64,000 nucleotides of DNA from Asterias rubens. Taxonomy: Eukaryota. The notes below the pieces were generated by a model. It did no database searches, was not told the origin of the DNA, and saw only the letters and a list, made by a program, of their open reading frames with translations. The position numbers were made by a program, and so were the translations under genes. The stretch lies in assembly GCF_902459465.1 (NCBI RefSeq), contig NC_047073.1, positions 1,550,001-1,614,000 of the forward strand. Direction: 5' to 3'. Of the stretch, positions 14,101 to 26,400 are shown piece after piece; the stretch's first letter is position 1; the number at the start of each line of letters is the position of its first letter.

Positions 14101-14382
14101 GGATACACTTATAAGAAAACTGGTATTTGACAGTTACCAAATGTGTCGAGTGCCTTTCAACTGATCTTTGACAATAGTGTTACAAAGATCGGTACATTTG
14201 TCATTTGTCACAAGACGTCAAACCGGTACATGCTTTGAGACTTCATTGTAATTTTGCGCTGAATAAAAACACTCTTCATTATTATTACCTGTATCTTGAG
14301 AAAGTCCACATGAGAAAAGATGCAGAACGATAATTCCTCCTGCAAGGTAGAAACGAAAGATGCCTCCATGATTCCTTTCCAT
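5144..14382 (-). CDS. Type I membrane scavenger receptor cysteine-rich protein with 5 SRCR domains (DMBT1/CD163/SpSRCR-like), 9 coding exons, ~705 aa
   Basis: Exons (minus) 14382-14289 (signal peptide MERNHGGIFRFYLAGGIIVLHLFSCGLSQ), 11982-11938, 9864-9505, 8828-8493, 8335-7991, 7413-7075, 6646-6281, 6087-6007, 5295-5144. All introns are GT-AG, phase 1; total 2118 nt = 706 codons. Each SRCR exon has VRL..G...GRVEV...WGTVC...W......VC.QLG motifs. The last exon encodes TM GLWILIILIIMLLIMLIAFITVLVY and a short tail ending EDKV*. AATAAA at 5039-5034. Confidence 0.92.
9920..10700. mobile_element. Two adjacent copies or fragments of the same MITE family (SRCR intron 2)
   Basis: Shared internal sequence (AATTACTCAAAATAATTATTAGCATAAAAAC, GAGAAACGGCTCCC) and TTAAAGGCACTTGACAC at 10388. 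Confidence 0.75.
11354..11713. mobile_element. Full-length TTAA-flanked MITE (Kolobok/T2-like), family AGGCACTGGACAC
   Basis: TTAA-AGACACTGGACAC ... GTGTCCACTGCT-TTAA. A TTAA target with RR..YY termini matches Kolobok-mobilised T2-type MITEs. No transposase ORF. Confidence 0.8.
12100..14160. mobile_element. Cluster of MITE copies (~12100-12360, 13060-13390, 13395-13696, 13848-14160) in SRCR intron 1
   Basis: Termini GTGTCCATGCCTTTAA, GTGTCCAGTGCCTTTAA and TTAAAGGCACTCGAAAC, with the same internal blocks as 11354-11713. Confidence 0.72.
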
Positions 14383-14719
14383 CGCGAAGAAGGTTTCAGA
14401 TATCAGCGATGTTTGCAATATGGAAACCTGGGTGAGTTGACGTAGTGCGCTCGTTGAGTAATAATTGTATAAAACTATAGCTGCTTTGCTGATGTGCGCT
14501 GTGTTTGTTGAATCGCACTGCACACTGGTGACACGCCCATGACCTTCGCCTAGTACACATGAGAGACACAATGGACGTGCTGGGAAACTAGAGGTCTATT
14601 ATCGATGTGTCTGGCCGTAAATTGCCACCATTGTGTCTCTAACATTCGAACCAATATTGTTCACGCAAGTCATGAATTAGGAATTATGTTTAAAACAAAA
14701 GTGTCTTGGTTTGATATTC

Positions 14720-15330
14720 TTATTCTCTGATGCAAATTTTAACACTTTTAAAATCGTTGCGGTGACCGCTGCTTAAGTACGATTCGACTTGCCTCTAGCT
14801 ACCGGGCAATCTCAGTGGTCTACAGTTGGTAAGACACTGCTCTCGAAATACAAAGGTCTTGGGTTCGAATCAAATCCGAGTATAAATATGCCTGTGGATT
14901 TCTCTCACAAACCTTGGGGAAGTACTGAGTATACAGTGCTAACACATTATTCTTAATCCCTGATGCAAAATCAACATCTATTAAATTGTTGCCCGCTGCT
15001 AAGAAGATAGGATTCTAACTGACTCTAACTCACTGGGAAGTGAGACACCTGCTCTAGAATTGCAAAATGGGTTCGAATCCCAACAAAGTAACATGCCTGT
15101 GATTTCCTATCACAGAATTCTGGAAAGGACTGAGTATACAGTGCAACACAATATTCTTTATCCCCGATTCAAATTTACCATCTATACATCGTTGCGGTAT
15201 CGCTGCTAAAATGGGATTTGAACTGCCTCTAGCTACCGGGCAATCTAAGTGGTCTATAGCTGATAAGACACTGCTCTAGAATGGCAAAGGTCGTGGGGTT
15301 CGAGTCCCACTCGAGTAATATGCCTGCTGC
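14720..15330 (+). mobile_element. Tandem trimer of a tRNA-derived SINE-like element
   Basis: Three ~230-bp units, each with an A-box-like TGGTCTA(C)AGTTGG (degenerate in unit 2), B-box GGTTCGA(A/G)TC, and (in units 1-2) a tail ...ACTGAGTATACAGTGC. Confidence 0.75.
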
Positions 15331-16406
15331 GCTCGGTTGTAAATCGTTAAGCGCGCCATCTTGTGGTTGTTTTATCATATTAGTCAGTTGCGCTCGGCCC
15401 CAGCGGTATCCAGGACCGCTGGGATGGGCTAATCGCTTGCACAGGTTCTTGTTCAGGAAGTACGTCATGCGTACAGTGCATAGAAATAGGGTGCAGTGTG
15501 ATGCATGATGGGACTGCGCATTAATAAACCAATGACAGTGCATGATACGTTTGCCCATCCAAGGCGCTGGGGACGAGCGAAATTAGTCGGTCTGGTTAAA
15601 TCAAGCCATAAGAGGGCGCGCTCATAATGAAAACTTCAGTGCTTAAATTTGCAACGGATAATGTAAACAAAATAAATGTTACCGTCTACAAAACTGTGAT
15701 CAAGCAGTGTTTGACGTTATTCAAAGGACCATATTTAATTGATTATAGATTTGAAAAAGTTTGTTGCCTCAGTAATGTATACAATTGTAATGCGGTTTCA
15801 AAACTGTAAAATAATACAAAGGTTATGCAAATTAGATAGAAAAACTGAGGGTAAACAAAATAAAAAACAAACAAAAAATGCCCAAATGTTTCAAATCGGT
15901 CATTTGACTCCTGAATATAGAAAACTTTTTGGAGTGATGACACCGTCCGTTAAATCATTTTTAAACCAACTTCTCGACATCAATTTCAAGAACCTATAAC
16001 AAACTGGCCTGAAACATTATCCCTTTGCAGGGATAAATCGCTGGTTTTAAAAGAGTACACTCATTTCCTACATTCTGTAGGTTGTTAAACACATCACACA
16101 ATAGGCAGCTGACTCAGTTCATGGTAGAAAAATTACACACTTTTTATATTTCGCAGGTTTGTGGATCATGGCCGAGCGGCTAAGAGCGCAAGACTCAAGT
16201 TCTCGTTTTCCAAATCTCGTGACTTCAGTCATGAACTTTTGAATTTGACTATGACTTTTGTATACAAAGAAATTTTAGCAGCGCTCTGGGTGAACTGAGT
16301 ATCAGCCTTTGTCCCCATTTGTGGTGTTATGGATCCAGGTTTGTGTAAGGTGTTTCACTCACACAATTGAAATTATTAACACGGAACAGCGGGTAGCAAA
16401 AGGCCA

Positions 16407-16743
16407 TTAAAGGAATATTACAGAACTGGTATTTTTGCTAACCATGTAATCACTTTATGTGATCCACCATCGTAAACTGACAAACTTGTTGAAGTTTGCT
16501 ATATATCTAAGTCACGAGAAAATAGTGAAAAACCGATCACACATTTTGCATGTCATCGATTCAAAATTAAATACCATTTTTTTTAAACGTTCTTTGAGCG
16601 ATAAACATCCACGGAAATATTTCATGGGATGAAAATATTTCATGGGATGTTTTATATTATCATCATCATTAGACCGTGTGGGTTTTATGTTAATGTGTGA
16701 CCTTACCGGTTTTTAAAAAAACATTTCGGTAATGTTCCTTTAA
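16407..16743. mobile_element. TTAA-flanked MITE, third subfamily
   Basis: TTAA-AGGAATATTAC ... GTAATGTTCCT-TTAA. Confidence 0.75.
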
Positions 16744-17401
16744 GCTTTTACTGACGAGGAAGTGAATGTGGAATAATACTAATATTTGATTGCGTATTCT
16801 GATGATGGTGGACGCTTTTCTGGCGGCAGGTAAGTCAAATTCATTTTCAATTCCATTTTCGAAAGTGTATGAAACCTGTCACGAACAGGATCGAATTCCA
16901 TACTTTTGCTGACATTAATTTCATGGTCAATGAAGAGAATCACAAGTCGTTTGGCAAAGTTCTACATGTTGTGATAATAAATGCCTTAATCATTTCAACG
17001 TTCATTGTGACTTGTATGTTTTATTTCCCCTTTAGATTAAAAAGGTGTTTTTCCCACGGTCCCATGCATCTTATTCTTACGTACAAGGAAGACGTCCTTT
17101 GAGCAAAACCAAACAAACAACCAGCCAAACTTTATAGCACGCCCAAATAGCAACATTTGAAAACATATAATTGCTTGCTTATTGGTTTTGCCTTTTCATG
17201 ATTATCATATATTTATGTAGGAAAGTTATAATCAAATGTTGCTTTTGGACCCTCAGTAATGCTCTGATAATTCTGATTAGTCATAGTGAATAAACATTCA
17301 ACTTGTTGATGTCTGAATCTATTTCGCTGACCGTATTGCAGTTTTCCACTTCACAATCAATGTCAGCTCCAACTAACTTAAAGGTGTCACTACAAACTAC
17401 G

Positions 17402-20400
17402 ATGAATGGACGCGGAGTGAAAGACTGTCCGGCTGTGTCTGGATGTGCTTTACTTGGCCTGCTGCTGGTCCTTCTAGTTCTACCACATTCTTTACAAGGT
17501 AAGACTTTTTATGAACATACATTTTCAAAACTTTCCCTCTGTTGTTGTTTAAATTCTGTAGTGTTTGTTCTGTTGCTTGTTTTGTANNNNNNNNNNNNNN
17601 NNNNNNNNNNNNNNNNNNNNNNNNNNNNNNNNNNNNNNNNNNNNNNNNNNNNNNNNNNNNNNNNNNNNNNNNNNNNNNNNNNNNNNNNNNNNNNNNNNNN
17701 NNNNNNNNNNNNNNNNNNNNNNNNNNNNNNNNNNNNNNNNNNNNNNNNNNNNNNNNNNNNNNNNNNNNNNNNNNNNNNNNNNNNNNNNNNNNNNNNNNNN
17801 NNNNNNNNNNNNNNNNNNNNNNNNNNNNNNNNNNNNNNNNNNNNNNNNNNNNNNNNNNNNNNNNNNNNNNNNNNNNNNNNNNNNNNNNNNNNNNNNNNNN
17901 NNNNNNNNNNNNNNNNNNNNNNNNNNNNNNNNNNNNNNNNNNNNNNNNNNNNNNNNNNNNNNNNNNNNNNNNNNNNNNNNNNNNNNNNNNNNNNNNNNNN
18001 NNNNNNNNNNNNNNNNNNNNNNNNNNNNNNNNNNNNNNNNNNNNNNNNNNNNNNNNNNNNNNNNNNNNNNNNNNNNNNNNNNNNNNNNNNNNNNNNNNNN
18101 NNNNNNNNNTAATAAAAGACTTCAAGCTAGAAGGAACAATAGCAAGACCCCTCAAACTCACATCTTTATATCTGGCAGGGCCACGTGCAAGTGATGTTTT
18201 TATATGAAAACTGTTTTAACTTGGGGTTATTTTGCACATAATTTGATGTTTTGTTTTTCATAGGTGATGTTCCTGACTTTACCTGCTACAATGTAAGACC
18301 TCTTATTCAAACTGATGGTCATTTTATTGGTGGCTATAAGAGTGGTGGCTACCAAGGAGCAACAGTCTCATTTAGTCGAGTATTGGATACGGGTAGTGGC
18401 AGTGACCTACCACATGATAGCTATTATAGAAACCCTTCAACTGCTTCTACTCAATATTACTTCCCTGCTGCCTCTGGAATAAATAGATTTGGTGCTTATA
18501 ACTGTGAATTCAGTTCACCCAGAGTCAACATCGCTACAATTCTTCTACCACAGAACGGTGAGTGACTAATACTGTAAACTTAATTGTTGGAAATGATTTA
18601 GGGGAAACTGCCTTAAGATTTTGATGCTTTGGGCCTTAAAAGACATTCGTTAGGAAATGAATCAAGTTGGAACTTTGGAAAGAAGTTTTAAAGGCAGGTT
18701 ATCATGATTCACAAAAAAAAAAAACGTTTACAGTTTCTAGTTTTCCTTTAAGACTTTGTGAAGTAACATGGAGTGACATTTCGTATATTAACTAATTTTT
18801 GACTCCATAAAGTTTTACTTTACCTTTAAAACCTCTTTCCGACTATTTTCATTTAATAACAAACACCTGTTAAAGCCCAAAGCGCATAACCTGAAGGCAA
18901 TGCTCCCCTTCAACAATGACGGCAATCATGACTAGAATTAAAGACAGTTCATGAAAACTACTGTAGATTATTCTGGTTTCACATTATTTGATAGTTTATG
19001 GTGGAAACATTCAAGCTGCACTTGAAAATAAATCTTGACTTCAGATATAAATTAGGCAGTTAATTTGGTATAAAAAACACAGTTATATAATGGTCTATCA
19101 ACTGAGCTTATTGATTGTAGGTGATGTATCTCCAGCCTCATCCACTTTGACTACGAGTGCTGGAGAGGATGTAACATTGACAATGACACAGTTATATAAC
19201 GGTCTATCAACTGAGCTTATTAATGATTGTAGGTGATGTATCTCCAGCCTCATCCACCTTGACTACGAGTGCTGGAGAGGATGTAACATTGACAATGACA
19301 CAGTTATATAACGGTCCATCAACTAAGCTTATTGTTGATTGTAGGTGATGTATCTCCAGCCTCATCCACCTTGACTACGAGTGCTGGAGAGGATGTAACA
19401 TTGACAATGACACAGTTATATAACGGTCTATCAACTGAGCTTATTATTGATTGTAGGTGATGTATCTCCAGCCTCGTCCACCTTGACTATGAGTGCTGGA
19501 GAGGATGTAACGTTGACAATGACACAGTTATATAACGGTCTATCAACTGAGCTTATTATTGATTGTAGGTGATGTATCTCCAGCCTCGTCCACCTTGACT
19601 ACGAGTGCTGGAGAGGATGTAACATTGACAATGACACAGCTATATAACGGTCTATCAACTGAGCTTATTATTGATTGTAGTTGATGTATCTCCAGCCTCG
19701 TCCACCTTGACTACGAGTGCTGGAGAGGATGTAACATTGACAATGACACAGTTATATAACGGTCCTATATTAACTGAGCTTATTAATGATTGTAGGTGAT
19801 GTATCTCTCGCCTCGTCACCTTGACTACGAGTGCTGGAGATAATGTACCATTGACAATGACACAGTTATATAACGGTCCTATATTAACTGAGCTTATTAA
19901 TGATTGTAGGTGATGTATCTCTCGCCTCGTCACCTTGACTACGAGTGCTGGAGATAATGTAACATTGACAATGACACAGTTATATAACGGTCTATCAACT
20001 GAGCTTATTGTTGATTGTAGGTGATGTATCTCCAGCCTCATCCACCTTGACTACGAGTTCTGGAGAGGATGTAACATTGACAATGACACAGTTATATAAC
20101 GGTCTATCAACTGAGCTTATTATTGATTGTAGGTGATGTATCTCCAACTTCACCCACCTTGACTACAAGTGCTGGAGAGGATGTAACGTTGACAATGACA
20201 CAGCAAACCGGATCAACCAATGAGCTTCGATGGAGACACAATGGTAGTTACAACTCTGCATGGGATGGCCAATCAAGCATCAGTATCCTTAATGTCCAAC
20301 TCCATCATATTGGTATCTATGAATGCTACATAGCAGGCAGGCATCATCTACAGAACCATGCACTCATGAGACTCCTTGTAAGGCGTAAGTTTCTAAACAA

Positions 20401-23400
20401 GTTTCTTTCCACATTGTATAATAGCAATATGCAGTTCTTATGCCCAATGGGCACCTCAAAGAAGCTGACCTCTTGTGTTTTTCTACGGCAGGCATGTACA
20501 GCTATGTTTGAATTATGGGATCCATTTATATCCTGATGTGCTTTAAGCACTGTATTCTTTCTGGAGTTCTTTGAAAATAAATCACATGCATATTACCCTG
20601 GTGGGATTCGAACCCATGACCCTTGCAATTCTAGAGCAGTGTCTTACCAACTAGACCACCGAGATTGCCCGGTAGCTACAGGCAGTTCGAATCCTATGTT
20701 TTAGCAGCGGGAACTGCAACGATTTTAATTTGCATCGCGGATGCAAATTTAACATCTAATAACATTTTTATCTCGATATACATTTAAGTTTGTCCAAAAC
20801 AAAGCTAGAAACCACTCTTAGAACATTTTTAAGGCAATGTGCATGAACCATGTTGTCATGTCGGCTAATTCCACGAATAGTCAGGCGTAATGATGAAAAA
20901 ACATTATTTTTTTATCTTTTGAGAATAATGTCTGCCTGTGTCAAATTTTAACTCTTTGTTGCTACCACTATTTTAGAAGATTTCCATCTTCACATCAGAT
21001 GCAGTTCAAAGCAATTTGGTGTATTTCTTCATGTGTTACATTCGTTGTCTTCAGTGTCTTGTGGGTTGGTTAAGAGTCATTTAGTTGCCTTGCCTGTGCG
21101 AATGATCTTCACTGTTTAAGTCACATAACTCAAGAATTCCAGTCATAACAATTTATAAAGTTGAAGTTAAAATACATATTAGTAATGCTGTTGACAACAC
21201 ATGTATTTCAAACCCTTGGGACAAAGCAATTTGATTAGGGCAAGTTTTCCCTTTATTTTAACAATGATGTTGCTAGTTGACAAGATTGAACATAATTTCA
21301 AAAAGATGGGAACCAAAATTTGTATCAAATTAAACAACCATTGACCTATGAAACCCTTGGGACAAAGCAATTTGATTAGGGCAAGTTTTCCCTTTTATTT
21401 TAGCAATGATGCTAGTTGACAAAATTTGACATAATTTCAAAAAGATGGGGACCAAAATTTGTATCAAATTAAACAACCATTGACCTCTGGAACCCTTGGG
21501 ACAAAAACAATCTGATTAGGGCAAGTTTTCCCTTTATCAGTGAATGGGTGGTGGAGGTGGGTTTGGGAGGGGCTATCAAACCACATACCCATATTTCAGA
21601 TTCACGATTTCCTCAAAACCCGTTTCTGTTGACAGCTTAACCTTGACCGGATAAGATCACCAAACTCAAGCTCTGGTGCTTTTGTTCGGCAGAGTGTGGG
21701 TTCGAGTCCCAGTCATGACACAATTGTATCCGAGAGCGAGACACTTAACTATAATTGCTTCTCTCCACCATGGGTAAACGGGTACCTGCAATGGCAGAGA
21801 TGGTTCTTGTGGTTGATTTAGCCGAGTGGCGCATATTTGTAGCACAGGCTGTATCTCCCCAGGGAGCTGAGATGGTTTAATGAATTAAGGCCCAGTGACC
21901 CGGGGTAATAATGTGGAAGCGCTTTGAGAGAAATAAAGTGCTATATTATTATTATATTGTTTATTGCAGAATGCTCCCCCAATAAATATGGTCGTACTTG
22001 TGATAGTTACTGTCCATTATGTTATAATGGTGGTCAGTGCGATGATATAACTGGTGAGTGTATCTGCCCACCAGGATTCAGTGGCAACTCGTGTCAAAAT
22101 TGTAAGTGGATGAATTTTTATTTTTATTTAATAATCGGGTAGAAATATGAGGCGCTGATTGGCTTTTTATTAATGTGTGATGGACCAATGGAGAGACTGT
22201 TACTAATTAACAAGAATGGTAACTTTATTGTTAATGGATGTGTTTTTAAGTTTTTTTTATTTATAAAGTCATTGATGGAAGAATAAAAAAACTCTGGAAA
22301 GTACCGTGTATAACGAGCTATCACAAAATGGTGTAAAACCCAAATTAATATAAAGTAATAATACAAAAATGTAAAATTATGATAGGTGTAGCTTTTAAAA
22401 GAGAGTTTATATTCAACAATTACCTGCACAACTTCTTTTCCAAAACCAATATTTTCTGAACGTATTGACATCAGGTGTTTTATGATGTGTCACCGTTGGT
22501 TTTTTAAACTTAAAAAAGTTGTTTCTTGGACTTGATTGTTCACAGTGCATAGTAACAACTGCTTTGGCCAAGACTGTGGCATCCGTTGTAGTGGTGATCC
22601 TGCTACAGCTTGCCGTGGCAGTCTACTCTGTCCTAAAGATCCCTTTGGTTGCACATGCGCAGCTAGCTTCACAGGCAAAAATTGCGAGGATGGTAAGTTT
22701 GTTCCAATTTGTGGCTACTATATAGTATTATCATTTAACTGCAGGCACCCTTAATATGTTTTTCAACTCAAATATAAGGGTAGCAAAATTGTACGTAAAT
22801 TGACAGTGGTGTAGTCAAGTACTTTGACAGTGTTGTGCCATTGAGTACGAGTTGAAGTGTCTGAGTACCAAGTAATTTTAAGTATCAAATCAAGCAGCCG
22901 AGTATAAAAAGTACTTGGGTTTCCGATAACGAGTCTGTGTATTTTAAATAAAAGACAAAAAAAAAAAAAGATCTATTGACACATTTTTAAAGTTTGTTTA
23001 TTTATTTATTTAATTATTTTGTTGTTGAATATTTTGTGAAGTGTTTTACCATACACAGATTGTTTTTGTTTGTTGACAGACGCGTAATACTTTCAACAAG
23101 TAAAACAAAACAATTGAAAACACTCCTTGATACATGTAATAATGACATATTAATGGTATGTTCCTATCAGATTGTCCTGCTGGTTACTTTGGTGCTGGCT
23201 GCAAGTTGAAATGCCACTGCCAAGAAGGCTTGACATGTAACAAGGCGACTGGTGAATGTCAAGACAGTGGTGGAGGTTGTGCAACAGGCTTCACTGGAGA
23301 AAACTGTCAGGGTAAGGAAACAGTACTCATAATAAATACAGTAACTTTTTCAACGGTCATTTTTAAAGCCATTGGACCCTTTCGGTCTAGAAAAAAAAAA

Positions 23401-26400
23401 AAAAAAGTTCACAGATTCACAAATAACTTACAGGGTTTACAAAAGGTAGTGGTGAAAGACTTCTCTTGAAATATTAGTCCATGAAATGCTTTACTTTTTG
23501 AGAAAACAATAAAACAATATCAATTCTTGATAGCGAGAATTACGGATTTATTTTAAACACATGTCATTACACGGCGAAACGCGCGGATACAAGGGCGGGT
23601 TTTCCCTTTATTTTCTCCCGACTCCGATGGCCGATTGAGTCTAAATTTTCACAGGTTTGTTATTTGATATAGAAATTGTGATACACGAAGTGTGGGCCTT
23701 GGACAATACTGTTTACCGAGAGGGTCCAATGGCTTTAAACAAGAAGACTAGCTCCTAAATTTATGCAAAATACAGTTAATGCCTGACGTTTCAACCCTAG
23801 CAGAGTCTTTCTCTGCTAGGGTCTAAACATCTGGCCATTAACTTTTGTTTCCCTTTTACACCACAGGTCCTTTTGGTTAGTAAGCAGTTTGCAACAGCTT
23901 AATCTATTTTACCAAATTGTTTAGTGCTTACAGGGCTCAAGTTTTCAAAGAGAAACATATTAATCTTTGCACCTCTTTTGACATCTCAGAATCCTTGAAT
24001 CATAAATAAGCTTGTTACAAATGTTGTCATTAGATAATAGATAGATGTGAGTAAAAAACACAAGGCCTACATACACAATCATTTTAATTGCTTTAATAGA
24101 TCATACAGTGCACTGTGCAGTCCCATGCAATTCGAGTCACAAATATTACATGTTGCAAATAGAATGTAGCATGGGTACACCTAATGCAAAAAATTTCCTT
24201 GTCAAAATGTTCTCTTCAAATTGAAATCGGTCTGTAGTTTAATGAACGTGTCTAAAGTCCAGGAGATTTAAAACATTTTTATGTGTGTTTTACAGAAAGT
24301 TAGCTTTTTTTTATCAGGTTCATGAAGCTCTATGTACTACTTTAGTGTTAATTAAAAAAAAAAGCTTTTTACCAAAGTTGTTTGTCTTTGCTCAACTATT
24401 ATTTAACACGAATCCTTTCATTTACTTTGTATAGAATGTCCTGCTGGACTGTTTGGGGTAAACTGTGACCAACAATGTCATTGTTTAAATGATGCAGATT
24501 GTCACAAAGGTAGCGGTTCATGTCCAGCTGGTGTCATGTGTAAATCTGGCTTTAGAGGTGAAGATTGCCAAAGTAAGTACTCGCACTTCATTAATGCTTA
24601 GAAATTATCATTTTCCATCCAGTCCCAGTGACCTTGCCATAAAATACAATTCAGACAATTCAGACAATTATTCCTCAGAATATCATAATTTGCACATTCA
24701 CACAAAGTTTCTGTGGCAAACAGATTGACCAAAAACAGCTGGAATGCTGGCACATGTTTTAAAGGTTTCGTCACCTTGTTTGTATTAGTTCTGTTGTACA
24801 TCACACTGGCATAATTAAATGATTCAAAATATATTTATTCTTTGTTTTACCAATTTTATTTGCAGACTCTTGTCCGTATGGCCAAATTGGACTTCAACCA
24901 AACTGCACAATGTGTTCTGGTAAGATTGATATTTCAAATAAAGCAATTTCATCATTGTGTGTTCCAACAATCTTGTAAGGACAAATTTACTCTGTTAGAA
25001 ACAGTTCATTGGTCATCGAGCTAAAATGTTTGCATGGTCACAATAAAGCAAAAATGAATGGCCTTTCATCAAAAAGGTAAGAAACAAAGAAAATAAAGTT
25101 TGTGTTTCTGAAATTTCTGGAGATTGACATGTTAGAAATGTAAGAAAATTACATCCGGGGACTTATTTGAAAAACTTTGATGAAGTTGCTGCAATATGTC
25201 ACTGAAACTTGGAGTTCTTGTAAAGTATTGTCTATTACACATTTGATAGATGGAACCTTCTGCAACCTATCTTGTGCACCTTCTTTTCAGTTCCTGTATC
25301 GGTGATCTATCAAGTCAGCTCTGAGCGAGACTCAAGCAGAACCATTACATGGACGAAAGCTCCTCAAAACAAGTGTCCTGTTATTGACTATGCGATACAG
25401 TATCAACTGGTAATGAGAGATCTTTGCCAAGAGGAGGCTGGTGAATTTGAAACTCTACACAACACAACAGAGAGACAGTCTTCGGTACCACATCCTGATT
25501 CATCTTTAGAGGCAAATTCAATCTACAAGGTTCGTGTTCTTGCCAGGAATGAGGCAGGACTTGGGGAATTTCAGGAGAACATTTATATAGAGCACACAAC
25601 ACCTGAGAAGGGTAAGTTCCTGGTAGGAGAGTATCTTTAGGGGTGGGAACTTTCTGACTTTTATCTGAAGATAATTTCTTATATTTTATACTTAAATATT
25701 TATGTTCGTCTGCTTTGGTTTTCTAATAATCTTGTTTCCTTGGATGACTGTTTACTGGTTCCCAAAAGGTTGAAAATCCATAATTTCAACTTACCTTTCA
25801 GCTTTTTTGAACAGTATGCAGTGAGTTGAACTAGGTTTTTGTTGATGATTTACGTAGCAGAGCAAACTAAGTACACTTCAGGCAGAAGAAGCGATTTGGA
25901 AGCAAGACTCTTGTTGACATCGCCAAGAATTTGAAATTGAATTTGAAATTTACATTTGAGGGTGAATTTGATTCTCCATGGAGATTGCCTGGGCCTGGTG
26001 TTCTGTAGTTTACCCAAAGTAACATTGACTTCAAGACGTGAGAAAATGAAATGCTGTTTATTGTAACTTCTATTTTCGTCACTTTGACCTTTAGGTCTGA
26101 ATATATCAGTGTTGGGAGAAAATAATGAAGATTTGTTCAGGTGTAGATAAACATACAAACCCTTTATTACAGTGTGTGGGATTCTATGCCTAGTCCTCAA
26201 TAGTGACAAATCCCAAATGTAAATTTTTTAACATTATTATGTAAACGTAAGTTTTTTTTGTTTTTTTTAGAGCCAACTGGACCTCCAACAGAATTCAAGA
26301 CTACTTCAACAGCGAAGCATAGTGTGGCATTGAGCTGGAGTGAAATACCATGTGGTCAAAGAAATGGTGTGATAACAAAGTATAGAGTGAGTCTTCATAG

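Larger units (their letters stand above)
14400..16830. promoter_or_regulatory. Divergent promoter interval between the SRCR and RPTP genes, with a probable RPTP 5'UTR exon ending at ~16829
   Basis: The ATGs at 14382 (-) and 17402 (+) point away from each other. CpG-rich patch at 15330-15620 with YY1-like CGCCATCTT (15354). Strong donor GCAG|GTAAGT at ~16830. Confidence 0.45.

Noticed and set aside
17303-18207. Four long ORFs (209-269 aa) in the ORF track
   Set aside because: They are long only because they run through the 524-N gap. Only 17402-17498 is real coding sequence.
19655-20041. 128-aa minus-strand ORF with internal repeats
   Set aside because: It is the antisense reading of the 112-bp array, with no domain and no splice context.
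19077-20203. CRISPR-like regular arrays (also 35644-36333)
   Set aside because: The units are contiguous with no unique spacers, there are no cas genes, and the context is eukaryotic introns.
23867-23879. 13-nt micro-exon with good-looking splice sites in RPTP intron 6
   Set aside because: It would shift the frame; the flanking EGF exons join correctly without it.
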